DNA of 64,000 bases from Alphaproteobacteria bacterium (GCA_965214705.1 CBDCCI010000002.1:2240001-2304000); one strand, 5' to 3'; shown: positions 33,702 to 44,708, counted from the stretch's first letter. Notes: generated by a model not told the origin, from the sequence alone. A program made the numbers and translations.

Positions 33702-35099
33702 GTGACGGCCTCATCGGCGCGTGGGGTGAAATCCAAGCGAGAGGCCCGTCGGGCTGTCCCGGCGTGGCACGGTCTCGCGCCGATCGTCGAGCTGCTTCGC
33801 TCCAGGGAATCGTGCGCGCGGCACGACATCGAGCAGCACGCCGGGCTTGGCCGCGCCGCCGTCGCGGAACGTCTGGCGGCACTTCTCGATCTCGGTCTCA
33901 TCGAGGAGGGCGGGCTTGGCCCGACCTCCGGCGGCAGGGCGCCGCGGCTGGTCCGATTCCGGCGGGAGGCCGGGCTGATTCTGGTTGCCGTATTCGGTCA
34001 GTCGACCCTGGGCGTAGGCGTCGCGGACCTGTCCGGCCGCCTTCTCTTCGAGCATCACGAGGTCACCGAGCACGACCTCGAACCGGCCGAGATCGAAAAG
34101 CGGCTTACGGCCCTGTTCGACTGGGCGCTGGAACAGCTCAAATGCGGGAGCGGCGACGTCTGGTCGATCGCCATAGCAGTACCCGGGCCGGTCGAGGCCG
34201 CGCCCGGCGGCACCTTCGGAGTCCCCGGCCTGGCGAGTGTCCCTGCCTGGAAGAACTATCCGTTCGTCGAGCAACTCATGGTCCGTTACCGGGCGAGCGT
34301 ATGCCTGCGCAGCCGCATCCAGATGACGGCGCTCGGCGAGTTCCGGGCCGGCGGCGGCAAGGGCGCCAAGGACCTTCTCGTGATCGATATCGGCCAGGAG
34401 ATCAAGGCGGGCGTGATCTCGAACGGGCAGCCTCACGCCGGCGCGCAAGGGGCGGCGGGAATGATCGGCCACATCGCCACCGGCGAGAGCAACACGGTCC
34501 TCTGCACCTGCGGGAACACGGGTTGTCTCGAAGCCCTGGCGGGCGCGAGCGCAATCGCGGCCGAGGGCATGCGCGCCGCCTGCGCGGGAAGCAGCGACGA
34601 TCTGGCCCACGCTCTCAAAGAGAACGGCAGAATCGCTGCGACTGACGTTCTGATCGCGGCCCAGCACGGAGATTCCTTCAGCGCCGACCTCCTGGCGCGA
34701 TGCGGGCGCTTGATTGGGGGCGTGATCGCGGGGCTCGTGAACACGCTGAATCCGTCGCTTGTGGTGTTGACCGGGACGATCGCGCAGTCCGGCGACATTC
34801 TCCTCGCCTCGGTTCGCGAGACGGTGTACCGGCACTCCCATCCTCTGGTCACCCGTGACCTTCAGATCACCACATCCGAATTGGGCAGATCGGCGGGCCT
34901 CGTCGGCGCGGCGCTCGTGGCCGCGGATGAGCTGTTCGAGCTCGACGCGCTTCGCGGCTGGATCGCCGCCGGCTCGCCGCTCGCTCATCCCGACCTCGAG
35001 AAAGCACTTGCCAGGGCCGAGCGTCTTCTTGAGGCGAGCGGTGCAGAACGGCAATCGCCACGCGCCGAGTCGCAGCCCGCTGCCAGCGCAGTGATATAG
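33702..35099 (+). CDS. ROK family transcriptional regulator
   Basis: N-terminal HTH ending SGGRAP; GAAGMIGHI, CTCGNTGCLEA zinc motif. Confidence 0.92.
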   Translation: MTASSARGVKSKREARRAVPAWHGLAPIVELLRSRESCARHDIEQHAGLGRAAVAERLAALLDLGLIEEGGLGPTSGGRAPRLVRFRREAGLILVAVFGQSTLGVGVADLSGRLLFEHHEVTEHDLEPAEIEKRLTALFDWALEQLKCGSGDVWSIAIAVPGPVEAAPGGTFGVPGLASVPAWKNYPFVEQLMVRYRASVCLRSRIQMTALGEFRAGGGKGAKDLLVIDIGQEIKAGVISNGQPHAGAQGAAGMIGHIATGESNTVLCTCGNTGCLEALAGASAIAAEGMRAACAGSSDDLAHALKENGRIAATDVLIAAQHGDSFSADLLARCGRLIGGVIAGLVNTLNPSLVVLTGTIAQSGDILLASVRETVYRHSHPLVTRDLQITTSELGRSAGLVGAALVAADELFELDALRGWIAAGSPLAHPDLEKALARAERLLEASGAERQSPRAESQPAASAVI

Positions 35100-35204
35100 G
35101 AGCCTCTTCGGCTGCGCGATGCCCGAACGCTGTCTTCGCGACCGGCTGGCCTCGTCCCTTCTGCGGCGCGATAATGACGCGTGGGTGTCGTTGTGAGACG
35201 GCAG

Positions 35205-36221
35205 ATGCAATCTAGGCCGATGACCATCAGGGGCCTGGGGCCGCACGGCGAAATTGCGGCCCCGCCGGAGCAACTGAATTTACGCGAAGAGGACCAGCAC
35301 GCGGCGCGTGCGCGACGGTTCACCGCCGCCGTCGTTCTTCACACGACCGAGAGCGATTGGTCCAAACAGCAGCTCGCCGGCATCGTCACCACGCTCGGTC
35401 AGTATTCTGCCGTGGTCGTCGATGTGATCGATTGCACGTTCAGCATCGAGGCCCAGATCGATGCGCTCGACCGCGTCGTCGAGGCGGCGCCGGACGCGGT
35501 TATCAGCATCCCCATCGGCAACACCGCGGTGGCGGAGGCGCATCGCACGGTGTCGCGCGCCGGCATCAGGCTCCTGCTGATGGATAACGCGCCGGTCGGG
35601 CTCTTGCCCGGCACCGACTACGTCACCGTGGTGTCCGCGGACAATTTCGGCCTCGGTCAGATCGCGGCAAAGGTTCTCTCCGGCTACATTCCGCCCGGCG
35701 GGATCGTCGGGATCCTCGCCTATGGGGTCGACTTCTTCGCGACCAACGAGCGAGAGATCGCGTTCGGGCGCTGGATGGACAGCGAGAGGGCGGACGTGCA
35801 CCTTGTACGCGCGGAATTCGCCGACCTGGATGGGGTCGACGGCGCGGTCGCCGGAATCCTCGACTCCACGCCCCGCCTGCACGGCCTCTTCGCGGTCTGG
35901 GACGAGCCAGCGATCCGCGCGCTAACGACGCTCCGGACCAAGGGGCTGGAGGTTCCGATCACCACCATCGACCTCGGCAACGATGCCGCGATCGAGATGG
36001 CGAATGGCGGATTGATCAAGGGCATCGGTGCCCAGAGACCATACGACCAGGGCTCTGCTATCGCCGAGGCCACCATCATGTCACTCACGGGCTTGCGACC
36101 ACCGTCCTGGGTTGCCCTGCCCGGATTGTCAGTGACGGCGCGAAACGTCATTGAGGCCTACCAGGTCATTTGGCATGCGCCCGCACCGCCCGCACTCAGA
36201 CGAGCGAGCCAAGCGCGTTGA
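35205..36221 (+). CDS. Sugar-binding protein paralogue lacking signal peptide
   Basis: VISIPIG, GVDFFATNER, ITTIDLG, IKGIGAQRPYDQG shared with the other two binding proteins; no hydrophobic leader. Confidence 0.8.
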   Translation: MQSRPMTIRGLGPHGEIAAPPEQLNLREEDQHAARARRFTAAVVLHTTESDWSKQQLAGIVTTLGQYSAVVVDVIDCTFSIEAQIDALDRVVEAAPDAVISIPIGNTAVAEAHRTVSRAGIRLLLMDNAPVGLLPGTDYVTVVSADNFGLGQIAAKVLSGYIPPGGIVGILAYGVDFFATNEREIAFGRWMDSERADVHLVRAEFADLDGVDGAVAGILDSTPRLHGLFAVWDEPAIRALTTLRTKGLEVPITTIDLGNDAAIEMANGGLIKGIGAQRPYDQGSAIAEATIMSLTGLRPPSWVALPGLSVTARNVIEAYQVIWHAPAPPALRRASQAR

Positions 36222-39200
36222 CTGCAGGGATCCCTCGCCAGCAGTGTTGTAAAGCACGTTTTGTTGACCCCCCACAATCCATCCAGATCAATTGTTTATC
36301 GCGCCGATCGGCACCAAACCCGTGCGCCGATCAACAACGTGAGCATTTCGCCGGCGGGGAGGCGGCCGCGCGGATCAGTCGGATCGCTCTCTAGAGCTTC
36401 ATGACGTAGTGCCGTCCCTCCTGGAGCAATGTGGCCCGTCTCTGGTCCAGCTCAGTCTTCTGAGCGAGCGCCTCGGACCAGCGCTCATCCTCGTCCCGGA
36501 ATGCGCGCGCTCGCGCGAACGCCATGAGTTCGTCGAGCGAAAGGCTGAATTCCTGACAGGGCTCGTCATCCGAACGCGAGAGTTCGCGAAGCGTGCAGCT
36601 GTCCTCCGCTTCGGTCTTCCCCGCCGTTCTCTCGACCACCTCCAGCTCGATCTGCACGACCGTCGGACGGCCCAGGCGCGAGCTCGTCGGCGCAGCCGTT
36701 TCCGATCGGCCGACCTCGCTGCACCACAACCGGTCGCCCCTGGTGAGATCCCGTGAGCAGGCGAGTGGATAGCGGTCCGGGGGTTCCGGCCGCTGGCGCT
36801 CCAGTTCGTCTTGCCGGAGCTTCTCGTCGCTCCACTCCGCCCGAAGGACGTCGCAGCCCGCGAGCGTCAGCCCGGACATTCGTGTCGCCGGCTCTTCGGG
36901 TATGCGCCCCGTCGCCGACGCAACCCACTCGAGTTCCACCACGTCGTCGGGAGTGCATCCACCCGCCCGTCCAGGCCGGCGCACCACCGCTTCGAGTCGC
37001 GGTTCATCGTCGGATCGCCGCAGACTTATCCGCTCGCCCGCGAGCAACGGCTCCTGTCCCGTCCAGCGTCCGGTGAATGCATGTGAGGCGCCGGGGTCGC
37101 GGAGCCGGGCAAGTTCGGCGCCCACCATGTCCGCGCTCCTGCCCGCCTCCAGCTCCGGAACGGCCTCCCGCTCGCGTGAGAGCCGAAGTCCTTCTTCAAT
37201 GCGCTCAAGCATATGCGGGCGGCCTTGCCAGCGCTCCCGGGTGTCGTCGTCGTATAGCGCCCACCGGGCATCTTCCTCGAACTCGCGGTTTCGTTCCTGC
37301 CATGCAGGCCATTCGGCAAGCAGCGACAGCGGCAGTGTCTCCCGCGTCGCGCGTTCCTCGAGTTCGCGATATTGCTCGTCCACCTCATTCGCCTCCCGGA
37401 ACAGGCCTTGGAACGTCATCCAATCGGCCGACAGCGCAGCATGCTCGTCAATCCGGGTCTGCAGCCAGCGCCGGGCCGCTTCGTCCAGGTCCGGTACCCT
37501 GGCCAAGTGATCCGCTCTGCGGATGGCCTTGCCGCACCCCTCGTCGTCGGCGGGCGATATGCCCTGCTCGAGCGCGCTGTGCTTCGTATCCTCGATCTGG
37601 GCCTTCACCGAGACGAAGCGGTCTAGCAGACGGTGTCTGTTCAACCGTTGCAACGCGGCAGCCAGCGTTCCCCTGCCGTCCGGTATCCGGTCAAGATGGG
37701 GACCGTAGGTGTCCTCGTCCTTGTGGATCGACCGTCCCGTGGCCGGCAGCTTCACCGAAAAGTCGGTGAGGGACCGGTAGTCGGGCAGGTCGGTGACGAG
37801 GAAGTCCAGGTCCTGCCGGACGCGCCGCTTCGCTTCTTCCTGCAGAGTGTCCCAGTACTGCGCATGTTCCCTGGCGTCCTTGAGGAAGCCGACGACGGTG
37901 GCGCGCTCCGCGCTGCGTTCGCTGTCGTAGTCCAGCACCCGCTGCGCCATTTCCCCGGCCTGGTCCGGCAAGCCCTCCCGTTGGCCGAGCGCGCGGGCCT
38001 CCTCGACGAGCTCTTTCCAGTCCGGCAGATAGAAGGCGATGACGTTCCCGGCCTTCGCCCGGTCCGCCATCGCCAGACGCTTCTCGAACACCCACGCCCA
38101 GGCCAGGTTGTGGTCGCCGAGTTCGTCAAACCGCTCGACGGCGGCCGCGATCTCCCCCGCTTCATTCTTCATCCGGTCGAGATGGGGTTGCCATGTATCA
38201 TGGGGCCGCCATGTATCCGGCTCTTCACGCATGGCGCGCCAGCCTTCGCCCAGCTCTCCGCAACGCGCCAGCCAGTCGGCATAGCCTGCCAGTTCGGTGG
38301 GCGGGGTGAATGTAGATCGGTACTCCGTGCTGGCGCGGTCCTCCAGCGTCGTCCGCTCATCCAGAAGCCCGGCCGCCATGTCATGAAGCGCAACGATTGC
38401 CGCCTTCCGTTCTTCGCAGGCCTCTGCATGGGCAATGACCTGTTCGGCGGTTGCGAGTGCCCATGCCGGGAGCGGGGAGCGCCTGGCAAGTGTCGTGGCG
38501 CGCTCGACGAGATCGTCATGGCCCTCGGCGTAGAACGGGATCGTGCCGCCCTCCGCGGCCCGCGCCACTACCTCGCGGCGCAGCGTGTCGAATTCGAGGA
38601 CCGTGTCGTCGACCGCCAGGAGGCTGGCGAGCTCCCCGAGGCGCCGGGAGATCGTGCCGCCGGCCTCGCCCGCGCGCTCACCCAGCTCCGTGAGCAGGGC
38701 CTCTCCGTTCGCTGCGAGCCGCCCCGACATCTCTCGCCAGTCCGGGTAATCTTCCAGGCCCGCAACCGGGCACGTTGCGGACTCTGCGGCCTCGTCCAGC
38801 CCGCGCCTCCTTGCGTCATGTCCATCGAGCAGCCCGAGAAACTCCACCGCCGCCCTGTCCTCCTCGCGGCAAGCGCGGTCATAGGCCAGCAGCCCGTCCA
38901 CGACCTCCCGCGTCAGGGCCGGCAGGTCCGGCTTCCCGGCGAGCTCCCGCGCGCGTCCGATCAGCTTCCCGTAACCATCCGCCAGGAACAGCACCGTGCC
39001 CTCGCGCCGCGCCCGCCGTTCCAGCGCCTCCCATTCCTCGCGCGGCGTCCACACCGGCTCCTTCTCCGCCAGCAGCCGGACGATTTCCTCCGGCTCCAGC
39101 TCGAGCGGAGCGTCGACCGCCTCGATCGCCGTCGGCCGCTCCCCAGTGTTGTCGGCCAGAACCTTCACCAGCTGCTCGGCATTGTCGGTGAGCACCACCG

Positions 39201-40799
39201 CCCGGTCCCGCGCCCGGCTGATCTCGACGTAGAAGGTGGACTGGTCGGCAAGCGCGCCGTGGCTCGAATCCAGCACCGCGATCACCCCGTCCGCCGTGCT
39301 TCCCTGCGCGCCGTGAACGGTCGAGGTCCAGGCGTGGTCGATATGCCGCAGCTGCGGATCGTCCAACCGGAGCGACAGCCCCCGCCCGTCCGCCAGTCTG
39401 AACCGCACCCGGCCCTTGGCGATGCCCTCCACCTCGGCCCGCTCGCCGTTGATCAGGGACCGCTTCCTGTCGTTCCGGGTCCAACGGATCCGGTCGCCCG
39501 CGCGGACCTCCATGGGACGGGTCTCGTAGACGTCGAGCTGGTAGCGGATCGAGCCCGCCGGGCGGATCCAGCGCGGCTTTCCGTCGGGATGGAGAAGCAT
39601 CACCCGGTCGTAGTCGATCCCGGTTACCGTCAGGATCTCGTCCTTCCTCAGCCGGTAGTTGACCAGGTCCTGGTGGAACACTACCAGGTCGCCTTCCCGG
39701 TAGTTGCGTACGTCGCCCTTCTCGGTCCGGGTCAAGCCCAGGCTGACCAGGCGCTCGATCCCGAGCGTCTTCCCCCGAAGCACACCCTCGTCCGCCAGTG
39801 CTTCCCGGACGGTTCCGTTGATCTCTTCCCTCAGCGCATGGGTCGGCGCGACCAGGAGGGTGTTGTCGCGGGTGGCGGGGTCGAGCGCCAGCCAGGCCCG
39901 CGCCGCCTTCTCGCCCAGCTCTTCGTGCGCCACTTCGTGCACGCTGCTGCCGAGCAGCTCCACCGCCTCGGCTGGATCGCCCGCCAGAACCGCCTGCACC
40001 GCCGCCCGCAGCTCCGGGTTCCGCTGGCGCAGGATGTCGTCCATCGCCGCCGTCGTCATCCCCGCCCGCTGCAGCAGACGGAACGGCTGCCCGGCTTCCA
40101 CCGCGCGGAGCTGGCTGCTGTCGCCCACCAGCACCACGCGGGACGCGTCTATCTCGTCCGCCGCCCGCAGCAGAGAGCGCATCTGGTCGGTCGACACCAT
40201 CGAGGCCTCGTCCAGCACCAGCACCGCGCCGCCGAAGGTCTCCCTCAACGCCTCCAGCGCCTGTCCGTTGCCGCCCGCCGCCCGGCGGCGCGCCAGGAGC
40301 CACTGAAGCGTGCGGGCATGAATGCCGGTCTCGCGACCCAGCGCCGCGGCCGCCGCAGCCGAGGGCGCGAGTCCGAACACCGGCTTCTCCCCGGCAAGCG
40401 CCCGCACCTGGCGCAGCATGGTCGTCTTGCCGGTGCCGGCTCGGCCCTGCACGCCGACGATCCGGTCGTGCGCCAGCAGGATCGTGCGAACCGCCTCCTC
40501 CTGTCCCTCGGTGAGCCCGGCGCCGTCGAGACGGGCGGCCACGTCCCTCTCCCGGGCCAGCGCCGCGCCGGCGCCGATCCCGGCCTTCATCATGGCGATC
40601 GTGGACCGCTCCGCCTTCAGCGCCCGGTCGGTGACGAAGGCCCGGTCGGCGCGCCGCAGCTCGGCGTCGATCAGGTGCCCGTCGCGGACCAGCCAGGCGA
40701 TCGCGTCCCGTATCTCCCCGAGCGAATGCCGGCCCGGCGAATGGCCGAGAGCCAGCGCCTCGAGCTCGTGTTCGGAGAAGACCGATTGCCGTTCCTCAA

Positions 40800-42959
40800 C
40801 CCAGGTTGGCACTTTTGTCCTACCCATGTCCTTTATCATGTTGATGTAACGCGATATTTCTCTCGGCCGATTCCAACATGGCACTACATTTTGTTGGATT
40901 CTGTCAGTTCGGCAGGCGGGTCCTCGTGCGGTGGATGGCGGGTTCCACGCCCGCCGCCGAGGAGATTGCGGCTACCTCAGCGGCCGGGCGCGTGTCCTGT
41001 CGATTGACGATCAACGTGCCGTCGGTCTGGCGCAGGCGCGTGGTGATCCGCACCCAGGTCCGCATGCTCTCGCGGATCGATGCCCAGCACTTGTGGATGC
41101 CGCGCGCGGCCAGCCGGGTACGGATCAGATGCACGGCGTGGTAGGCCAGCACGGCGATCAGCAGGTGGGCCGCGATGCGCCGGTCGAGCTGGTGCCAGAT
41201 CGGGCGAAGGCCGAGCTCGGATTTTAGGCTCTTGAATGTCGCCTCGATATCCGTGATCCGCCAGTACGTCCGCAGGACCGTCTCGATATCCCAGTCGACG
41301 TGGCTGGTGCGCAGCACATAGGCACCGGCGCCCTCATCGGCCTCGTCGTATCGCGGCCTGCGCTTGAAGCGCACGGCGGTGGCATTGGGGCCGGTTTTCG
41401 CCTTCTCGACCGTGATCTCGTAGTGCCTGGCGACGGCGGAGAAGCGCTGCTTGAGGCGGCCTATGCTCTCCAGCACCTTGTCGTAGCGCTTGAGGCGGCG
41501 CTTGACCGGGAGGCCGCTGTGGAGCCTTTCCAGCGCCGCCTCGAAGCGGTTCCGCCTCAGGCCGATGATCGCGTTCTCGGCCTTCTTCTTGCCCTCGCTG
41601 ACGACGTAGAGCCGCGCCTCGCCGTCCTCGCTGGCAAGCCGCCAGGCCCGCACCTCGTGGCGCGCGCTGGTGATCAGCAGGGCCTCGGGTCCGCCCTCGG
41701 GCGGCGCAGGCCTGGCACCGCGGCTGACCGCGATCCAGTCGTAGCCCTGCTCGCCCAGCCACGCGATGTTTTTCTCGGTGGCGATGCCCGCGTCCATGAC
41801 CACCGTGGGCTTCGGCGCCGTGCCGCCGCACACCGCCTCGAGCCGCGCCAGCGCCTCGTGCAGCGTGCCCGGCTCGCTCACGTTGCCCGGCAGGATCTCG
41901 CAACTGCGCGGGAAGCCCGCGCCGTCGAGCGCCAGCGCCAGCGTGATGAGGGGACAGTCGTCGCGCTTCTGCTTGGAGCGCCCGAACCTGGGAAGCTCGC
42001 CGCCCGTGTGGCCGTGGTAGTGGACGTTGGTGAGATCGTAGAAGGCGATCGTCTCGGGCAGGTCGAGCAGCGCGCGCTCACGGTTGAACAGTTCCCTCTG
42101 GATGGCGGCCCGGTGGCGCCAGAGCAGGTCGCCGATGCGGTAGAGCGTCTTGCGCCGCAGCGCCTTGCGGTCGCCCTCCAGGCCCAGGAGCTCGGCGGCC
42201 GCGCTGTCGTGGCGGAGCCAGCGGCTGGTATCACGCTCGCTGGCGGGATGGACCATCCTGGCGACGATCAGCGCGCTCGCGATGCGCCCGTCTCGGCCTT
42301 TGATGCCAAGGCCGTGGAGGATGTCGGCGAAGCCAAGGTCGTCGAGGGCCTTGAGGCACAGGCGCTCGCAGCCGACGGTGCGCGGGTTCTCGTGCTCCAG
42401 GGTATCGAGGTCGACGGTGGCGATCTCGGGCTTGCGCGCCTCTTCCTGCATCGCCTCGACGCGGAACCCCCTGGCCCTGAGCTTGGCGACGATGTCCTCG
42501 GCTGCGGCCTGCACGTCCGGGACGGCTTGGAGCAGCGGCGGGCGGCCGTGCAGCAGCGCCTCGGCGAGTTCGGCCACTTCGCGCCATTTCTCCTTCGGCA
42601 CCGGATAGTCGGTGCCGAGGTTGAGGAGCGTGCGCTGCCTGACCTTGTCGCCGATGCGCTGGGAGAGCACGAGGCGATGGCTTCGGACGGGCTTGCCGTC
42701 GGTGGTGTGGGTCTTGGTTGCCCTGATGAACATGTCGCCCGTCGCGAGATTGTTGCGAGGGGCCAAGATTTGTCGGCTTGGGGTCTGGGGTCAAGGGAAA
42801 ATCGTCAATACCTAACAACTCCTGGCACTACAACGCGCTTCCAGCGCCTCAATTACACATATAGTGGCATCATCTCGGAGCTACCCCAATATGTGGTACT
42901 TCGGTCCGCAAAATATGGGCAGACCGGCATTGAGCAACCGGAAAAAGTGCCAACTTGGG
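40800..42959 (-). mobile_element. IS1634-family insertion sequence, 2160 bp
   Basis: Terminal IRs CCCAGGTTGGCACTTTT / AAAAGTGCCAACTTGGG; 4-bp TSD TCAA (40796-40799, 42960-42963). Confidence 0.9.
40904..42733 (-). CDS. IS1634-family DDE transposase
   Basis: MFIR..., KVRQRTLLNLG, FYDLTN, FGRSKQKRDD, VVMDAG, IEATFKSLKSELGLRPIWH. Confidence 0.9.
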   Translation of the reverse strand: MFIRATKTHTTDGKPVRSHRLVLSQRIGDKVRQRTLLNLGTDYPVPKEKWREVAELAEALLHGRPPLLQAVPDVQAAAEDIVAKLRARGFRVEAMQEEARKPEIATVDLDTLEHENPRTVGCERLCLKALDDLGFADILHGLGIKGRDGRIASALIVARMVHPASERDTSRWLRHDSAAAELLGLEGDRKALRRKTLYRIGDLLWRHRAAIQRELFNRERALLDLPETIAFYDLTNVHYHGHTGGELPRFGRSKQKRDDCPLITLALALDGAGFPRSCEILPGNVSEPGTLHEALARLEAVCGGTAPKPTVVMDAGIATEKNIAWLGEQGYDWIAVSRGARPAPPEGGPEALLITSARHEVRAWRLASEDGEARLYVVSEGKKKAENAIIGLRRNRFEAALERLHSGLPVKRRLKRYDKVLESIGRLKQRFSAVARHYEITVEKAKTGPNATAVRFKRRPRYDEADEGAGAYVLRTSHVDWDIETVLRTYWRITDIEATFKSLKSELGLRPIWHQLDRRIAAHLLIAVLAYHAVHLIRTRLAARGIHKCWASIRESMRTWVRITTRLRQTDGTLIVNRQDTRPAAEVAAISSAAGVEPAIHRTRTRLPN

Positions 42960-44227
42960 TCAAGCTGCCGCATGCAGCGGCGCACGATCGCCAGCGTCGA
43001 CGGGCCCTCCGGAAGCATGATCGCTTGCTCGGAGCGCGCCTCCGTGAGCGCAGTATCGAGGCTCAATTCCTGCGCGCGGTCTCGCCATAGCTCCTGCAGT
43101 TGAGCCCGCACCGGCTCCGCCTTCCGCTTGCGCGTCGCCAGCGTCGCCGCCTGCATCGCCGCCGCGCCGCGGTCCCAGCCCTTCTCGTCCACATAGGCCA
43201 GTATCTCGTGCCTGCGCGTCGAGAAGGCTCTCCGCAGTTCCCCGCCGTAGCCCGCAAGCTCGAAGCTCGGCAGCCGGCCCACCATCGCCGGCACGATCGA
43301 ATAGCCCTTCTCCATCAGCAGCCGCGCCAGCCGGTCTCGGTAATACGCTCCGATCAATCTTGCATTGCGGTGCAGCAGCGTCGGCTCCACGCTCTTCCAC
43401 CGCCCCTCCTCGTCCCGGGTCATGTTGGCGATCACCGCGTGAGTGTGGAGCTGCGGATCGAGGTTGCGGCTTGCGATGTGGCGGAACAGCGCCGCCACCA
43501 TGCAGGGCGCCTTCACCCGCGGCCGTCTGCCGGTGGCGGGGTCCCAGCCCCGGGTCTCCAGCAGCGAACCCTCGATCCAGTCGAGCGTCTCGCGCACCGC
43601 TGCATTGTGCGCGCGAATGACCATCCGGTCCCCGTGCGGGTGCTCCTCCGTCGGCAGAAGCGCCGCCAGCGACACTGACTTGGGCGCCGAGAACGTGATG
43701 TCGAAGCCCGGACGGTGCTCGTGCTGCCCGTCACGCAGCCGCCCGAGCCGCTGCTTCGTCCCGATCACGTGGCTCTGTAGAAGCTTCTCGAAGGCGCCCG
43801 CCGCGACCGGCTTGCCGGGATGCAATCCCAGGGCAACCGCGCCGCTGCCGTGCCAGGTGCTCGCGTTCCGGTGCTCTGCCCGCTTGGCCCGAAGGTCCGC
43901 CGCGTCCTCGCCCTTCCTCAAATAGTAGCCGCCGTCCTGGCGGAAATACTCCGACGTGGCGGACGAAGAGGTCAGGTTGCGGACCGTCGCGACCATGACA
44001 GGCGATCATAGCGGGCCGGTGGAGAGGTAGCGGTCAAAATACAACCCGAGTTGGGGCTTGCGCCAAACCATGGGTAATGGTGTTGTGATCATTGAAGACC
44101 CATCCTGCGCGCATTGCCGGGGCTGAGGTGCTGGTCGCGACCTCGGTCGAAGGACGCCAACGCTAGCATGACCTTTGCCCCGAACCTGCTCCGCGTACAT
44201 CTCCCACTGGTGTTCGGCGCCCAATGA

Positions 44228-44257
44228 CCCTACGGGATCACCTCAATCAATGAGTTA
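44228..44257 (+). other. Candidate att remnant: tRNA-3'-like CCCTACGGGATCACC followed by IHF consensus
   Basis: AATCAATGAGTTA (44245-44257) matches WATCAANNNNTTR; preceding 15-mer resembles a tRNA T-stem/acceptor 3' end. Confidence 0.35.
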
Positions 44258-44296
44258 GCGCGTTGATCGGCGTCCAATTCACGTGCCGATCAAGAG

Positions 44297-44486
44297 ATGT
44301 TCGCGGCCGCGGAAATCCGCCGACTGGGCGCGGTGATGACACGTCATGAAGCCGACCGGCCGTAGGTCGTGGCGATCATCCGCCTGCTGTTGTTCACCGG
44401 GTGCCGTAAGAGTGAGGTCGTTACGCTGAAGTGGTCCTATTGCCGCGAGGGCAAACTGTTCTTGCGCGACAGCAAGACAGGCGCAT
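44297..44486 (+). pseudogene. Tyrosine integrase remnant
   Basis: AAEIRRLGAVM...RP*VVAIIRLLLFTGCRKSEVVTLKW...LRDSKTG with internal stop; no N- or C-terminus. Confidence 0.8.
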
Positions 44487-44514
44487 ATTTCCCTCCGGTA
44501 CCAGTCGGGTGCTT

Positions 44515-44579
44515 GCAGTATCACGCAGTATCTAACTGACTATTCCATTTAGACTTTTCTCTCTCCTTGGCGTCCCCAC
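44515..44579. other. Candidate att site: arm-type direct repeats plus tRNA-Glu-like core
   Basis: GCAGTATC twice at 10-bp period (44515, 44525); TGGCGTCCCCAC (44568-44579) is the reverse complement of a typical tRNA-Glu 3' end; just upstream of integrases. Confidence 0.4.
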
Positions 44580-44708
44580 CCCCTTGAAACGGGACCACAC
44601 GGGTTCTAAGCTACCCCCTCGGGTTGATGCCGCACGTTTGCGGTTTGATGACACGATCTGGACCGCTTCCGTCGCTGTCCGGATCGCGCCGCACCGCCGG
44701 GGAACGCC

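Larger units (their letters stand above)
36391..43996 (-). pseudogene. MobF (TrwC/TraI-like) relaxase-helicase, 1813 aa reconstructed, interrupted by IS1634
   Basis: N-part: YF..DGGYY, DITFSAPKSVS, RNLDPQLHTHAV, FSTRR. C-part: QGRAGTGKTT, LDEASM, VHGAQG. Removing 40800-42959 and one TCAA rejoins RCMRQL-EERQSVF in frame (5442 nt). Confidence 0.9.

Noticed and set aside
36391-40884. 1497-aa ORF as a stand-alone helicase
   Set aside because: Its first 28 or so codons come from the IS end; it is the C-terminal part of the split relaxase
37633-41007. 1124-aa plus-strand ORF
   Set aside because: Antisense shadow of the relaxase-helicase
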